Made by a program: the position numbers and the translations under genes
The notes under the pieces: generated by a model
What the model was told of the DNA's origin: nothing
Databases searched by the model: none
Seen by the model: the letters and a program-made list of their open reading frames with translations, nothing else
NCBI GenBank assembly: GCA_017474765.1
Contig: JAFVGW010000034.1
Location: 217,694 to 281,693 of the forward strand
Reading direction: 5' to 3'
DNA: 64,000 bases
Source of the DNA: Salinivirgaceae bacterium
Lineage (GTDB): Bacteria; Bacteroidota; Bacteroidia; Bacteroidales; SZUA-534
Shown here: positions 8,071 to 17,494 of the stretch, one piece after another
Numbering within the stretch: position 1 is the stretch's first letter
How the letters are laid out: each line of letters opens with the position of its first letter

Positions 8071-10455
8071 CTAAACCGATTTTTTTGCACCAAACAAGTG
8101 CCGTGAGTGTTTCTTTTTAATTTCGCCATAGCCGTAGCCGTAACCATATCCGTAGCCGTAACCATATCCGTAGCCGTGCGATTTCATATTAGCTCCGTTC
8201 AGAATTATCGACAAATGCTCCATATTTTTTTCAGTGCGCAGCAGGTTCACGTTCTCAATAAACTGCCGTTTCGACACGCCCACTTTCATCACATAAATCG
8301 GGTAAGTGGCTCTGTGCAAACTAACTACAGCGTCCGACACAATGCCCACAGGCGGTGTGTCGATGATGATGATGTCGTACTTTTTCTGAAGTTCGTCAAC
8401 CAGATTGTCCATCTCTTTGCTACCCGCCAATTCCGACGGATTGGGCGGAATCGGCCCTGCCGTAATGAAATCAAAGTTCTCAATTTCAGTGTGATGGATG
8501 CAATCTTCAATCTTGTTTCGGCCAATCAGAATGGTGCTGATACCGCATTGGTTCTCAACCTTGAATCCTTGATGGATGCGCGGGCGGCGCAGGTCAAGGT
8601 CGAGCAGAACCACCCTTTTGCCCGATGTGGCGATGATGCCCGCAAGGTTGATGGCCACAAACGTCTTGCCTTCGCCCGAGATGGTCGACGACACGGTCAG
8701 AATGTTGGCTTCGGCGCCGTGCGAAATGAATTGCAGGTTTGACCGTATCGACCTAAATGCTTCAGAGAAAGGCGAATGCGGGTCTTTCATCACCAGCAGT
8801 TGCGACACTTCGATGGGGCTTTCATATTGCGGAATCACACCCAGAATCGGTGCCTTGGTGTAGTTTTGCACCATGCTCGCCGATGTAATCTCGTTATATA
8901 CTAAATAACGGATAATCAAATAGATGCAACCAATAATCAACCCAAGCAGAATGAATACGGGATAGATGCTGCCCGCTTTTGGCGATATGGGCTCAACAGG
9001 CATTGTGGCCGACTCAAGAATGGTGTTGCGCGAGATGTAGCCCGCCTGCGAAATCAGATACTCAGCCTTCTTGTCAATCAGTTGGTTGTAGTAGGTCTGA
9101 TTCACATCGTACATCCGTTGCAGACGCGCGTATTCAAGTTCGTCGTAGTTTTTCTCGTTGAACAGCCATTTTTCAAGTTCGCTGATTTGCACTTGATATT
9201 CAGCGCGTTGCTCGCGCATACGTGTGAGAATGGTGCTCACAAAATCGATGGTGAGCGTAATCTGATTGTCGAGTTGCTTCTCAACTTGTTTCACCTTTAT
9301 GTTGTCGATTGTCAGGCTGTTAAGCAGTTGCTGACGTTCGTCGATTATGCGTTGCAGATTGGCCAGGATGTTGCCCATTGTCTGTGCGGCTTTGGTTCCA
9401 GCCAGCGCCGCCTGCATCTCGTAGGTGTTGATGTCGCCGCCCGCTTCAAGTTTTGCCTTAATTTGCTCAATAGCAAGCAGTTCGTAGTCAATCTCACTGA
9501 CTTTTTCTTCAAGGCTCTCAATTTTCTGCGTCGAAGCGCTCACTGCGGGGCCGTTTTGCGACTTAATCTTGTTCTCTTTTTTGAACGACTGAATCTGCTT
9601 TTCGGTCTCGTCAAGGCTGCTGTAAATCGATTTCAGTTGCTCGTCGATGAAAGCCAGAATGTTAGCCGAACTCTCGCGCTTGTTCCGAACATCGTATTTC
9701 AGATACTCTTCAGCAATGGTGTTCACAATGTGCCATGTTTTGTTGGCGTTGTGGCTTGCGTAGGTAATCTTGATGGTCTGCGCGGCCGAGTTGAGCAGCG
9801 TGATATCAAGGTTGCGACTGTGCTCGCTGATGATGTTGTTCGGGTTGTTGATAATCACAAAATAGCGTTCGCCAAGGCGCGATGCGTGCTCGTCGATGGC
9901 CTTTCGGTTGTTCACCGAGCACTTGAGCATGGTGTTGCCCACCTGTTCCCACTCATCGAGTTTAATTGTTTGTGAACCAGCATTTCTTGCGTTCTTAAAA
10001 GTGATTTTTGCTGTCAGCGAGTCGGTGAAATCAACATAAAACGGCTTGTTGTAAAGGTCGCCATTATGTGATGCCAGTTCAATTTTGAAAGGTGTGTCGG
10101 GGTACATCTCGAACGACATGAACGTGCCTTCGTTGAAGTACGAAATCTCAAGCGGCAACTCGCTCAAAGCCTTTTTCAGAAACTCTTTCGAGCGCATCAA
10201 CTCAAGCACTTTCGACAGGTCGGTTTTGTTGTACTGATTCGAGAAGTTGAGCATACTTGCGTTGCGGTCTTCTTCGTTGATTTGAATCACGCACGACGAC
10301 TCGTAGAGCGGCGCAGTGTAACGCATATACAGAAATGCGGCCGTGCCCGACAGCAGAAGCATCGCAGCGCACACCCACCAGCCTTTGCGCAGAATCTGCA
10401 GAAAGATTGACAAGTCGAAATTGTCGTTAATCAGCGGTATGCGTGTTTGTTTCAT
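8071..10455 (-). CDS. wzc: polysaccharide co-polymerase / BY-type tyrosine autokinase (Wzc-like)
   Basis: 794 aa: an N-terminal TM, a long coiled-coil periplasmic region, a second TM, Walker A SGEGKTFVAINLA, DLDLRRPRIH, IIIDTPPV, and a C-terminal (GY)8 tyrosine cluster. Confidence 0.85.
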   Translation of the reverse strand: MKQTRIPLINDNFDLSIFLQILRKGWWVCAAMLLLSGTAAFLYMRYTAPLYESSCVIQINEEDRNASMLNFSNQYNKTDLSKVLELMRSKEFLKKALSELPLEISYFNEGTFMSFEMYPDTPFKIELASHNGDLYNKPFYVDFTDSLTAKITFKNARNAGSQTIKLDEWEQVGNTMLKCSVNNRKAIDEHASRLGERYFVIINNPNNIISEHSRNLDITLLNSAAQTIKITYASHNANKTWHIVNTIAEEYLKYDVRNKRESSANILAFIDEQLKSIYSSLDETEKQIQSFKKENKIKSQNGPAVSASTQKIESLEEKVSEIDYELLAIEQIKAKLEAGGDINTYEMQAALAGTKAAQTMGNILANLQRIIDERQQLLNSLTIDNIKVKQVEKQLDNQITLTIDFVSTILTRMREQRAEYQVQISELEKWLFNEKNYDELEYARLQRMYDVNQTYYNQLIDKKAEYLISQAGYISRNTILESATMPVEPISPKAGSIYPVFILLGLIIGCIYLIIRYLVYNEITSASMVQNYTKAPILGVIPQYESPIEVSQLLVMKDPHSPFSEAFRSIRSNLQFISHGAEANILTVSSTISGEGKTFVAINLAGIIATSGKRVVLLDLDLRRPRIHQGFKVENQCGISTILIGRNKIEDCIHHTEIENFDFITAGPIPPNPSELAGSKEMDNLVDELQKKYDIIIIDTPPVGIVSDAVVSLHRATYPIYVMKVGVSKRQFIENVNLLRTEKNMEHLSIILNGANMKSHGYGYGYGYGYGYGYGYGEIKKKHSRHLFGAKKSV

Positions 10456-10458
10456 TTG

Positions 10459-11223
10459 TTATAAATTCTTTGCTGTCAGATAGATAAGTATCGCGGTGTT
10501 GAATATCGACACGTACGGTATTATTTCGGAAAGGGTGCGGTTGACGTATCGCGGACGCCTTTCAACGTAGATTATGTCGTTCGATTGCAGTACAAGGTTT
10601 GATTTTTTCACGTCTTCGATGCTCGAAATGTCGTAGAGAAAGACTTTCGGATTCTTTAAGTTGCCACGCAAAACCTTGATTCTGTATGCTTTGCCCAAGT
10701 CATCGATGCCGCCAGCCTGTGCCAGCGCTTCAATCAGGGTGAACTTTTCGTTGTTGATGTTGAGCACGCTGCCGCTGCTGCTTCCTGAACGGAAAATTAT
10801 CACACGGCGGTTGGTAACGTTCACTTTTACAAATGGTTCCTGATAATACTGCTTGTACATTCCTTCAAGCAGCGTTTCGGCGGCAGTGACGGTCATTCCC
10901 GCCACTTTCACGCGTCCGATGGTTGGCAGTTTCACGGTGCTGTCGCTGTCGACCAGATAGCCTACAGTGTTTGTATGCTGCTGAACAGCCCCGCCACCTT
11001 GTTCTGTATTAATTAGTTGCACGCCATTGTTAGTGTAGACGCGCACATCGAGTTTGTCGTAAAGATTGATGACGTATTCGGGTTGGTTCTCTTCAACATC
11101 GTCGAAATTGTAGCCCGAATCGGTTTTAAGCATCTGATTGGGATACAATACTTTGCAACTTTGCATCAGGTTCAATCCACAAAGCGCGGCAACAATTAGC
11201 GATATTGATTTTAAACGTTTCAT
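10459..11223 (-). CDS. wza: polysaccharide export outer-membrane lipoprotein (Wza/BexD-like)
   Basis: 254 aa with signal plus lipobox (LMQSC). It has a Poly_export/SLBB-like sequence and a C-terminal hydrophobic helix. It lies 3 nt upstream of wzc. Confidence 0.8.
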   Translation of the reverse strand: MKRLKSISLIVAALCGLNLMQSCKVLYPNQMLKTDSGYNFDDVEENQPEYVINLYDKLDVRVYTNNGVQLINTEQGGGAVQQHTNTVGYLVDSDSTVKLPTIGRVKVAGMTVTAAETLLEGMYKQYYQEPFVKVNVTNRRVIIFRSGSSSGSVLNINNEKFTLIEALAQAGGIDDLGKAYRIKVLRGNLKNPKVFLYDISSIEDVKKSNLVLQSNDIIYVERRPRYVNRTLSEIIPYVSIFNTAILIYLTAKNL

Positions 11224-12467
11224 TCAGGTTGCGAATTTATAAAAAAATGCCTTTGCCGCTTGCTTTGTTTTTCAGCGTCGGCAAGCAGTTCCTGATACAG
11301 CCTGTCCACATCGGCCACAAGCCGCGTGTAGTGGAACTTGTCTTTCACATAAGTCCAGCCGTTGGCCGACATTCGTTGGCGCATTTCGGCGCTTTCGACC
11401 ACAGGCAGCAGTTTTTCGACAAAATCATCGGCATCGCCGTTGGCCGCAAGCACGGCTGTATCGTTCTGTATTACAATATTTTCAATTCCGCCCACGTTGG
11501 TGGTGACAATCGGTACGTTGGCCGCCTGCGCTTCAATCAGGCTCACGGGCGTGCCTTCGTTGAGCGATGTCATTGCCACCACGTCGAGTCCAGGATAGAC
11601 CACTTCAACGTTCCGAATCCACGATGTGAAGGTGACATCGGCCACCGTGGCGGGCTCGTAGCCGTCAGTTGTGGCCGTGCTCAGGCCAAGTTCGGCGCAC
11701 TGCGCCATCAGGTCGGCCTTCAACTCGCCATCGCCAATGATGAATGCCCGTAACTTGCACGTTGTCTGCTGTTTCGCTTTCGCGATAGCGTCAATGAAAA
11801 GTTTGTGGTTTTTGACAGGCGCCAGTCGCCCCACAATGCCGATGGCCACTTCGTTGTCGGCCAGATTGAATGTTGAGCGGAACTTGCGTCGGCGCTGTTC
11901 CTTATCTTCGGTAAACCGCTGTAAATCAAAACCAAGTGGAATAATGCTGAACTTGTCTGACGGTGCTATTTTGAAGGTGTCGCACAACTCATCTTTCTGC
12001 TTTTGACTGATGGCGATGATGCGCGACGTGTGTTCGGCCAGCCCGCGCTCAATGTTCAGGAACATTTTCGTCTGCTTCTTGCCAAAATACGAGTGAAAAA
12101 CGTGTCCGTGGAAGGTGTGGACAATGACAGGCACGTGGCTGCGGATGGCCGCCAGACGCCCGACTGTTCCTGCCTTCGACGCATGTGTGTGCACAATGTC
12201 GGGTTTGAAATCGTGAATCAGTTCGGTTATTTTGCGGTAGGCTGCCAAATCGTTTTGGGCGTTCAGTTGGCGGCGCATTTCGGGAATCACAATCGGCTCA
12301 ATGCCCAGTCCCCGCACAATGTATTCCGAACTTTCTTCGTCGTCTTCTTTGATGCCGCCCACGAGTAGCGTCTCGTAATTGCTTGGCATATAGCGTGATA
12401 GATATGCCGCGTTATATGTCGGTCCACCCAAATTAAACCTGTTTATTATTCTCAAAATACGCGGCAT
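11220..12467 (-). CDS. glycosyltransferase family 4 (GT-B, retaining type)
   Basis: MPRILRIINRFNLGGP..., HTHASKAG, and the EX7E region EGTPVSLIEAQAANVPIV. The ATG at 12467-12465 is preferred over the ORF-track start at 12503. It overlaps the wza start by 4 nt. Confidence 0.8.
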   Translation of the reverse strand: MPRILRIINRFNLGGPTYNAAYLSRYMPSNYETLLVGGIKEDDEESSEYIVRGLGIEPIVIPEMRRQLNAQNDLAAYRKITELIHDFKPDIVHTHASKAGTVGRLAAIRSHVPVIVHTFHGHVFHSYFGKKQTKMFLNIERGLAEHTSRIIAISQKQKDELCDTFKIAPSDKFSIIPLGFDLQRFTEDKEQRRRKFRSTFNLADNEVAIGIVGRLAPVKNHKLFIDAIAKAKQQTTCKLRAFIIGDGELKADLMAQCAELGLSTATTDGYEPATVADVTFTSWIRNVEVVYPGLDVVAMTSLNEGTPVSLIEAQAANVPIVTTNVGGIENIVIQNDTAVLAANGDADDFVEKLLPVVESAEMRQRMSANGWTYVKDKFHYTRLVADVDRLYQELLADAEKQSKRQRHFFINSQPE

Positions 12468-12572
12468 AATCTTCCCCCCGTTTTTCGTGCAAATGCTTCG
12501 CAATTTGCTAAAAAACTGCAGTTTTTACGTCTGCCGCGGACTTTTATTTTATGGCAAACCACCAAAAATGGA

Positions 12573-14459
12573 CTAAAGCATATATTTCTTCCACCAATGC
12601 TGAAAGACAATGAGCGCCCAGATGTGTGCCTGCGAGTCGGCGGGGCTTTTCGAGAGCATCTGTTCTTTGAGTTGCCGCACCATTTCGGGGTTGAAAATAT
12701 TCTGCTCGCGAATGAAGTCATCGTTCAGATAATCAGTCTCGATGGTTGAGCGCAACTCGCCGCGGAACCAGTTGAGCAGCGGCACTTCGAATCCGTGTTT
12801 CGGACGGTTGTAGAGTTCGTATGGCAGTTGCTGACGATATGCGTCCTGCAGAATCATTTTGCGTTTTCGACTGTTTACCAAATAGTTGCATGGCAACGAG
12901 AATGCGAAATTCACCAGTCGGTGGTCAAGGAACGGGCTGCGCACTTCAAGACTTTCGGCCATGCTCATCATGTCCACCTTGAAAAGCATATCGCTAACCA
13001 GCACAAGTTGCATATCGGCGTACAAAATGTCGCCAATCTGTTTGTCATCGCGTATACAACTGATAATGTTGAACTTGCGGCGATTATTGTCCTGAATCAG
13101 CACTTTTCGGTTTAGCATTCGCGATGCGGTGTCTTCGTCCATCAGCGACGCCCACGCCATGTAGCGGTCCTGCTCGTTGAGTTTCAGGCCTTTGGCGAAT
13201 CTGTTTAGTTGGCGTATCTTGTTGCTAAACTTTGTGTTGCGCGATTGCGGCAGCAACTCGTAAAGCGGGCCCGCCATCCTGACAAGAGTGTTTGCAAGAC
13301 CGCCCTTGAGCGCCCTGTAGTGCGCCAGATGCTTGTTGTAGCCGCCAAAAACTTCGTCGGCGCCATCGCCCGAAAGCGCCACCGTTACGTGCTTGCGCGT
13401 CTCGCGGCTCAAAATGTTGACGGCTATGGCCGACGAGTCTGCAAACGGCTCGTCAAGGTAGTCGAGAACATTGTAAAGGCACTCGAAAAGGTCGTTGTTG
13501 GTGAGTTTGAAAACGTGATGGTTGGTGTGGAACTTGTCGGCCACCAGTTGCGCATAGTTGGTCTCGTCGAAGAATGGCTCATCGGCGTAACCAATTGAGA
13601 ATGTGTCGAGTTGGTCAACGTGTTTCGATGCTTCGGCCACAATCACCGACGAATCGATGCCGCCGCTCAAAAACGCGCCCACAGGCACATCAGCCGCCAG
13701 CCGTTCTGCCACCGACTGCTCAATGAGTTCGCGCAACATCCGCTGCGCGTGCTCGTAATCCATCACTTCCAGATTACTGTAATTGTATGGTATTGAGTAA
13801 TATCTGACTTCCTTCGTCTGTCCGTTGCTCACCATCAGGTAATGCCCAGGATTGAGTTTTTTCACGTTCTCAAAAATGGTGTCGGGCGACGGAATATAAT
13901 TGAACTGCAAATAGGCGAAAAGCGATGTCATATCAAGTTTTCGTGGCACGCCGAGCGCCATCATCGCCTTCATTTCCGACGCAAAAACAATGCGGTCGTG
14001 CCCCTGCCAGTAGAGCAGCGGTTTCTGCCCCATGCGGTCGCGGGCAATGAAAAGCACGTCGTCAACCTTGTCGTAGATGGCAAACGCAAAAAAGCCCACA
14101 AACTTGTCAAGGCACTTCGGGCCGTCGTTAATGTATTGGTACAAAACAACTTCAGCGTCACTTTCAGATGCAAACTTGTAGCCTTTGTCGATGAGTTTTT
14201 CGCGCAGACGCCTGTAGTTGAACACTTCGCCATTATATACTATGGTGTAGCGCCCCGTGGAATCGTGCATCGGCTGATTGGCCTTTTCGCTCAAGTCGAT
14301 GACCGACAGGCGCGCGTGTCCCAGACAGATGCGCTTGTCGGTGTAAACCTTTTGGCAGTCGGGGCCGCGCCGCGACAGTAGCCGCACGGCATCGTTCACT
14401 AACGGAAATTTTTCAGCCCCTTCGGGGGTAACCGCATAAATTCCTGCTATTCCGCACAT
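12573..14459 (-). CDS. asnB: asparagine synthase (glutamine-hydrolysing) family amidotransferase, EPS-locus paralogue
   Basis: 628 aa. MCGIAGIY gives the Ntn Cys2, and the SGGIDSS PP-loop is present. It is the first gene of the EPS-type operon. Confidence 0.85.
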   Translation of the reverse strand: MCGIAGIYAVTPEGAEKFPLVNDAVRLLSRRGPDCQKVYTDKRICLGHARLSVIDLSEKANQPMHDSTGRYTIVYNGEVFNYRRLREKLIDKGYKFASESDAEVVLYQYINDGPKCLDKFVGFFAFAIYDKVDDVLFIARDRMGQKPLLYWQGHDRIVFASEMKAMMALGVPRKLDMTSLFAYLQFNYIPSPDTIFENVKKLNPGHYLMVSNGQTKEVRYYSIPYNYSNLEVMDYEHAQRMLRELIEQSVAERLAADVPVGAFLSGGIDSSVIVAEASKHVDQLDTFSIGYADEPFFDETNYAQLVADKFHTNHHVFKLTNNDLFECLYNVLDYLDEPFADSSAIAVNILSRETRKHVTVALSGDGADEVFGGYNKHLAHYRALKGGLANTLVRMAGPLYELLPQSRNTKFSNKIRQLNRFAKGLKLNEQDRYMAWASLMDEDTASRMLNRKVLIQDNNRRKFNIISCIRDDKQIGDILYADMQLVLVSDMLFKVDMMSMAESLEVRSPFLDHRLVNFAFSLPCNYLVNSRKRKMILQDAYRQQLPYELYNRPKHGFEVPLLNWFRGELRSTIETDYLNDDFIREQNIFNPEMVRQLKEQMLSKSPADSQAHIWALIVFQHWWKKYML

Positions 14460-14464
14460 TACAA

Positions 14465-14495
14465 GGATTGATTTACTGATGGATTGATTAACTGA
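14465..14495. repeat. tandem 15-mer GGATTGATT[T/A]ACTGA x2; an inverted 13-nt copy lies at 15372-15384
   Basis: GGATTGATTTACTGA at 14465-14479 and GGATTGATTAACTGA at 14481-14495. ATTGATTAACTGA (14483-14495) is the exact reverse complement of TCAGTTAATCAAT (15372-15384). Confidence 0.8.
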
Positions 14496-14521
14496 ATTTT
14501 TTCAATCTGCCCTACTCTATT

Positions 14522-15229
14522 TTATTTTGACAAGTCTTTTTTGGGCAACTCCTCACGGACAAAACTATTGCCATCATAATTATAGATAGCAACACTTGCC
14601 GTATCAACCTCCAAGCCAACAACTTGAGCCTCGTCCATCTGCTCCAGTTTCATCATTATTGAGCGCAAAGTGTTGGAATGTGACGAGACAAGCACGTTTT
14701 TCCCTTCATCCAACTGTTTCATTATCACCTTATTAAAGAAAGGAATCACACGATTCGACGTATCTTTTAAACTTTCGCCTTTGGGTGGCCGCTCCGTATA
14801 GCCTTTTCGCCAACTCACAACCTCTTCAACACTGAATATATCAGCAATTTTCGCCTTACTAAACCCTTGCAAATCACCATAATATCTCTCATTCAGTTGC
14901 CGACATCTATAAACTGGTATCATATTTTTGTGTTCAGCAGCGCTAAAACGGTTGTACCACTTGCGATGGAATAAATCGGAAGTATGCACCAAATATGGGG
15001 TGCGGTGCTTCGGGTCGCTGAGCAACACAATAAAGGCTGTTTGCAGCGAGCGAATTAGCGCCGATGTATAAACCACATCAAATCCAATGTGGTTCACCTG
15101 ACGACTTGCCCACGAAGCCTCAACAATTCCCGCCTGAGTAAGCGGCACATCAACCCACCCTGTGAACAAATTTCGGCCGTTCCACAATGATTCGCCGTGA
15201 CGTATTAATACCAGTTTTCCCATTTTCAA
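14522..15229 (-). CDS. histidine-phosphatase superfamily protein, divergent dPGM (GpmA)-like
   Basis: 235 aa. LVLIRHGESLWNGRNLFTGWVDVPLT carries the RHG catalytic motif, and the second His lies in SSHSNTLRS. Relative to E. coli GpmA (from memory) there is an extra about 35-aa insertion. Hand-counted lines are about 35-47% GC, lower than the neighbours. Confidence 0.75.
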   Translation of the reverse strand: MKMGKLVLIRHGESLWNGRNLFTGWVDVPLTQAGIVEASWASRQVNHIGFDVVYTSALIRSLQTAFIVLLSDPKHRTPYLVHTSDLFHRKWYNRFSAAEHKNMIPVYRCRQLNERYYGDLQGFSKAKIADIFSVEEVVSWRKGYTERPPKGESLKDTSNRVIPFFNKVIMKQLDEGKNVLVSSHSNTLRSIMMKLEQMDEAQVVGLEVDTASVAIYNYDGNSFVREELPKKDLSK

Positions 15230-15388
15230 TTCGAATTAGAAAGTTTGGAAAAGTACAAAATATAAAGCGACTAAAAAAATAAAAGTATCGAAAACCTTTG
15301 TCAACGATTAAAATTGACGAATCAATAACTGGCATGCATTTGAGTCAATCCAACAACAACCTGTCAGTCAATCAGTTAATCAATAAAC

Positions 15389-15422
15389 AAAAAAAAAGGC
15401 CGAACCCTTTCAGATTCAGCCT
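15389..15422 (-). terminator. terminator after tRNA-Thr
   Basis: The minus strand reads AGGCTGAA-TCTGAAAGGG-TTCGGCCT (7/8 bp stem) followed by a T run (T9). Confidence 0.45.
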
Positions 15423-15429
15423 TTGCCTG

Positions 15430-15502
<73 letters not shown>

Positions 15503-15512
15503 AAACGCGGCG

Positions 15513-15520
15513 CAAAAGTA
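15513..15520 (-). promoter_or_regulatory. candidate -7 element (TACTTTTG) for tRNA-Thr
   Basis: Matches TAnnTTTG. It sits 10 nt upstream of the mature tRNA 5' end. Confidence 0.4.
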
Positions 15521-15588
15521 ATTTTTTGCTTCGAATTACCGCAAGATTATGCCGATTTTATTGAAATTTGCCGCAAAATCTGACATCG

Positions 15589-16059
15589 ATGGGTAAAACG
15601 AAAATTCTTTTTGTCTGCTTGGGCAACATCTGCCGCTCGGCCTGCGCCGAAGCCGTGATGAAACAAGTTGTGGCTCAGCGCGGACTTGTCGCTGACTTTG
15701 AAATTGATTCGGCAGGGCTAATCAGTTATCACTCAGGCGAGAAAGCCGACCCGCGGATGCGCCACCACGCCGCCAAACGCGGAATCGACATCACCAGCAT
15801 CGCGCGGAAGATTACCACCGCCGATTTCAGCCACTTCGATTATATAATAGGTATGGACGACGACAACATTCGCCGCCTGCTCGAAATTGCACCCGACGAA
15901 CAATCGTGCCAGAAAATCAGCAAGATGAGCGATTATTGCCAGACTCACCGCGCCAATTCTGTACCCGACCCGTACTATGGCGGCGACAGCGATTTTGAAC
16001 TTGTACTCGATTTGCTTGATGACGCTTGTAATGGATTTATTGACGCTATACTAAAATAA
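15589..16059 (+). CDS. low-molecular-weight protein-tyrosine phosphatase (Wzb-like)
   Basis: MGKTKILFVCLGNICRSACAEAVM carries the CX5R(S) P-loop, and the DPYYG Asp loop is present. The ORF-track start at 15568 is a TTG; the ATG at 15589 is preferred. Confidence 0.85.
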   Translation: MGKTKILFVCLGNICRSACAEAVMKQVVAQRGLVADFEIDSAGLISYHSGEKADPRMRHHAAKRGIDITSIARKITTADFSHFDYIIGMDDDNIRRLLEIAPDEQSCQKISKMSDYCQTHRANSVPDPYYGGDSDFELVLDLLDDACNGFIDAILK

Positions 16060-16107
16060 CAAATTCAACGGTGCACCCTACGGGCGGAAATGTCAAAAAA
16101 ATTTTAA

Positions 16108-16151
16108 CAAAATTTCTCAAAATCAATAGAATAGGATTTTGTAAAATTTTG
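16108..16151. terminator. AT-rich imperfect palindrome between convergent PTP and ispD genes (possible bidirectional terminator)
   Basis: CAAAATTTCTCAAAATC (16108-16124) pairs with GATTTTGTAAAATTTTG (16135-16151) at 15/17 positions, with a 10-nt loop. Confidence 0.4.
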
Positions 16152-16210
16152 AATTGAATTTTCTAATAATTTCTCGCAAAGCGACATCATAAAATCCATA
16201 TCCTGCGCCT

Positions 16211-16882
16211 CTACCCTTTCATAATCGCCTCAGCCAGAACCAAATCCACAGGCCGTGTGATTTTGATGTTCTCGAAGTTGCCTTCGACAATCGACACTTT
16301 CACGCCCATATGCTCAACCACCGATGCGTCGTCGGTGAAAAGTGGGTCGTAAGGTTGGGCGAAAGCACTATGAAGTGTTTGTGCGTCAAATACTTGCGGA
16401 GTTTGAACGAGCACGTAACTGCTGCGGTCAACGGCGCGGTTGCCGCCATCGGGCTCAATCTGCCGCACCGACTCGTTGACAGGAATGGCGGGAACCACAG
16501 CCCTGCACTGCTCGGCGGCGCTGAAGCAACGTTGCAGCGTCTCTTGCGACACCAACGGCCGCACACCATCGTGAACGGCCACAATGCCGTCGGCAGGAAC
16601 TTTGGCCAACCCGTTCAATGTGGAATGAAAACGAGTCTCGCCGCCATCAACCAACTGATAATCAATCTTATCGAACGAATATTCACTGCAAAGTCTGCGC
16701 CAGTAATCGTGCTGCTTCGATGGCAGAACAAGCACAATATTCATCTGATTATCAAACCGATGAAAAGCATCAATGGTGTGCATCAGAATCGGACGCCCAG
16801 CCAACGGCAGAAACTGCTTTGGCACATCGCCGCCCATTCGGCTGCCAGAGCCACCTGCCACTATGATAACGCTGCGGTTCAT
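16211..16882 (-). CDS. ispD: 2-C-methyl-D-erythritol 4-phosphate cytidylyltransferase
   Basis: VIIVAGGSGSRMGGDVPKQFLPLAGRPIL. The ATG at 16882-16880 overlaps the aroK TGA (ATGA). The ORF-track start at 16891 is a TTG. Confidence 0.9.
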   Translation of the reverse strand: MNRSVIIVAGGSGSRMGGDVPKQFLPLAGRPILMHTIDAFHRFDNQMNIVLVLPSKQHDYWRRLCSEYSFDKIDYQLVDGGETRFHSTLNGLAKVPADGIVAVHDGVRPLVSQETLQRCFSAAEQCRAVVPAIPVNESVRQIEPDGGNRAVDRSSYVLVQTPQVFDAQTLHSAFAQPYDPLFTDDASVVEHMGVKVSIVEGNFENIKITRPVDLVLAEAIMKG

Positions 16883-17388
16883 AACTTGCAATCGTGAAGT
16901 GCCTCAATCATTTTCTGCGATGTGATGCCGATGCCGTCAACCACGTATTTCGCCTGCGAGTAGAACGGCAGCCGCTTCTGCAGCGTCGTCTCAATGTACT
17001 CAACAAGTTCCTCGTAGGTCTTGTCGTGCAGCAGCGGGCGGTCTTTGTGCGAGTTCATCAGGTTCCAGACGAGCGCTTTGGGCGTCATCTCAATGTAGAG
17101 CGTGGCGCCGTGGGCGTTTAGTTGCTGCATATTGTCGAAAAAACAAGGCGTGCCGCCGCCCGTGGCCACAATGGTGTTCTCGAGTCCGAAAGTCTGCATC
17201 ATCGCCTCGCGCTCAATTTGGCGGAAGCCGTCCTCGCCACGTTCGGCAAAGATTTCGGCAATGGTCTTGCCCTGCTCGGCCTCAATTTTTTGGTCAAGGT
17301 CGATGAAGTTGTAGTTGATGTCGCGCGCAAGCCGCTTGCCGTAAGTGGTTTTGCCCGCGCCCATATATCCGATTAGGTAGATTAACAT
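16879..17388 (-). CDS. aroK: shikimate kinase
   Basis: 169 aa. MLIYLIGYMGAGKTTYGKRLA carries Walker A, and the GGG motif lies in VATGGGTP. Confidence 0.9.
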   Translation of the reverse strand: MLIYLIGYMGAGKTTYGKRLARDINYNFIDLDQKIEAEQGKTIAEIFAERGEDGFRQIEREAMMQTFGLENTIVATGGGTPCFFDNMQQLNAHGATLYIEMTPKALVWNLMNSHKDRPLLHDKTYEELVEYIETTLQKRLPFYSQAKYVVDGIGITSQKMIEALHDCKL

Positions 17389-17432
17389 TCTGCTATCGAT
17401 TTTGGCGCAATGTTATTAAAAATGACGCCAAT

Positions 17433-17468
17433 AAAAAAACGGGGTGACCAAAATGTCAGCCAACCCCG
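17433..17468 (-). terminator. rho-independent terminator after the nitroreductase gene
   Basis: The minus strand reads CGGGGT-TGGCTGACATTTTGGTC-ACCCCG followed by TTTTTTT. Confidence 0.65.
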
Positions 17469-17494
17469 ATTTTGCAAAACTGTCGATTGTAGTC

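Noticed and set aside
8125-8175. (GY)8-encoding repeat as an ON/OFF phase-variation switch
   Set aside because: The repeat unit is a multiple of 3 nt, so slippage would only change the number of Tyr residues and not the frame. I kept it only as a low-interest length-variation idea.
9082-9975. 297-aa plus-strand ORF
   Set aside because: It is antisense to the Wzc-like gene. It has no signal or motifs, and its hydrophobic, V/L/F-rich sequence mirrors the coiled-coil codons of the real gene.
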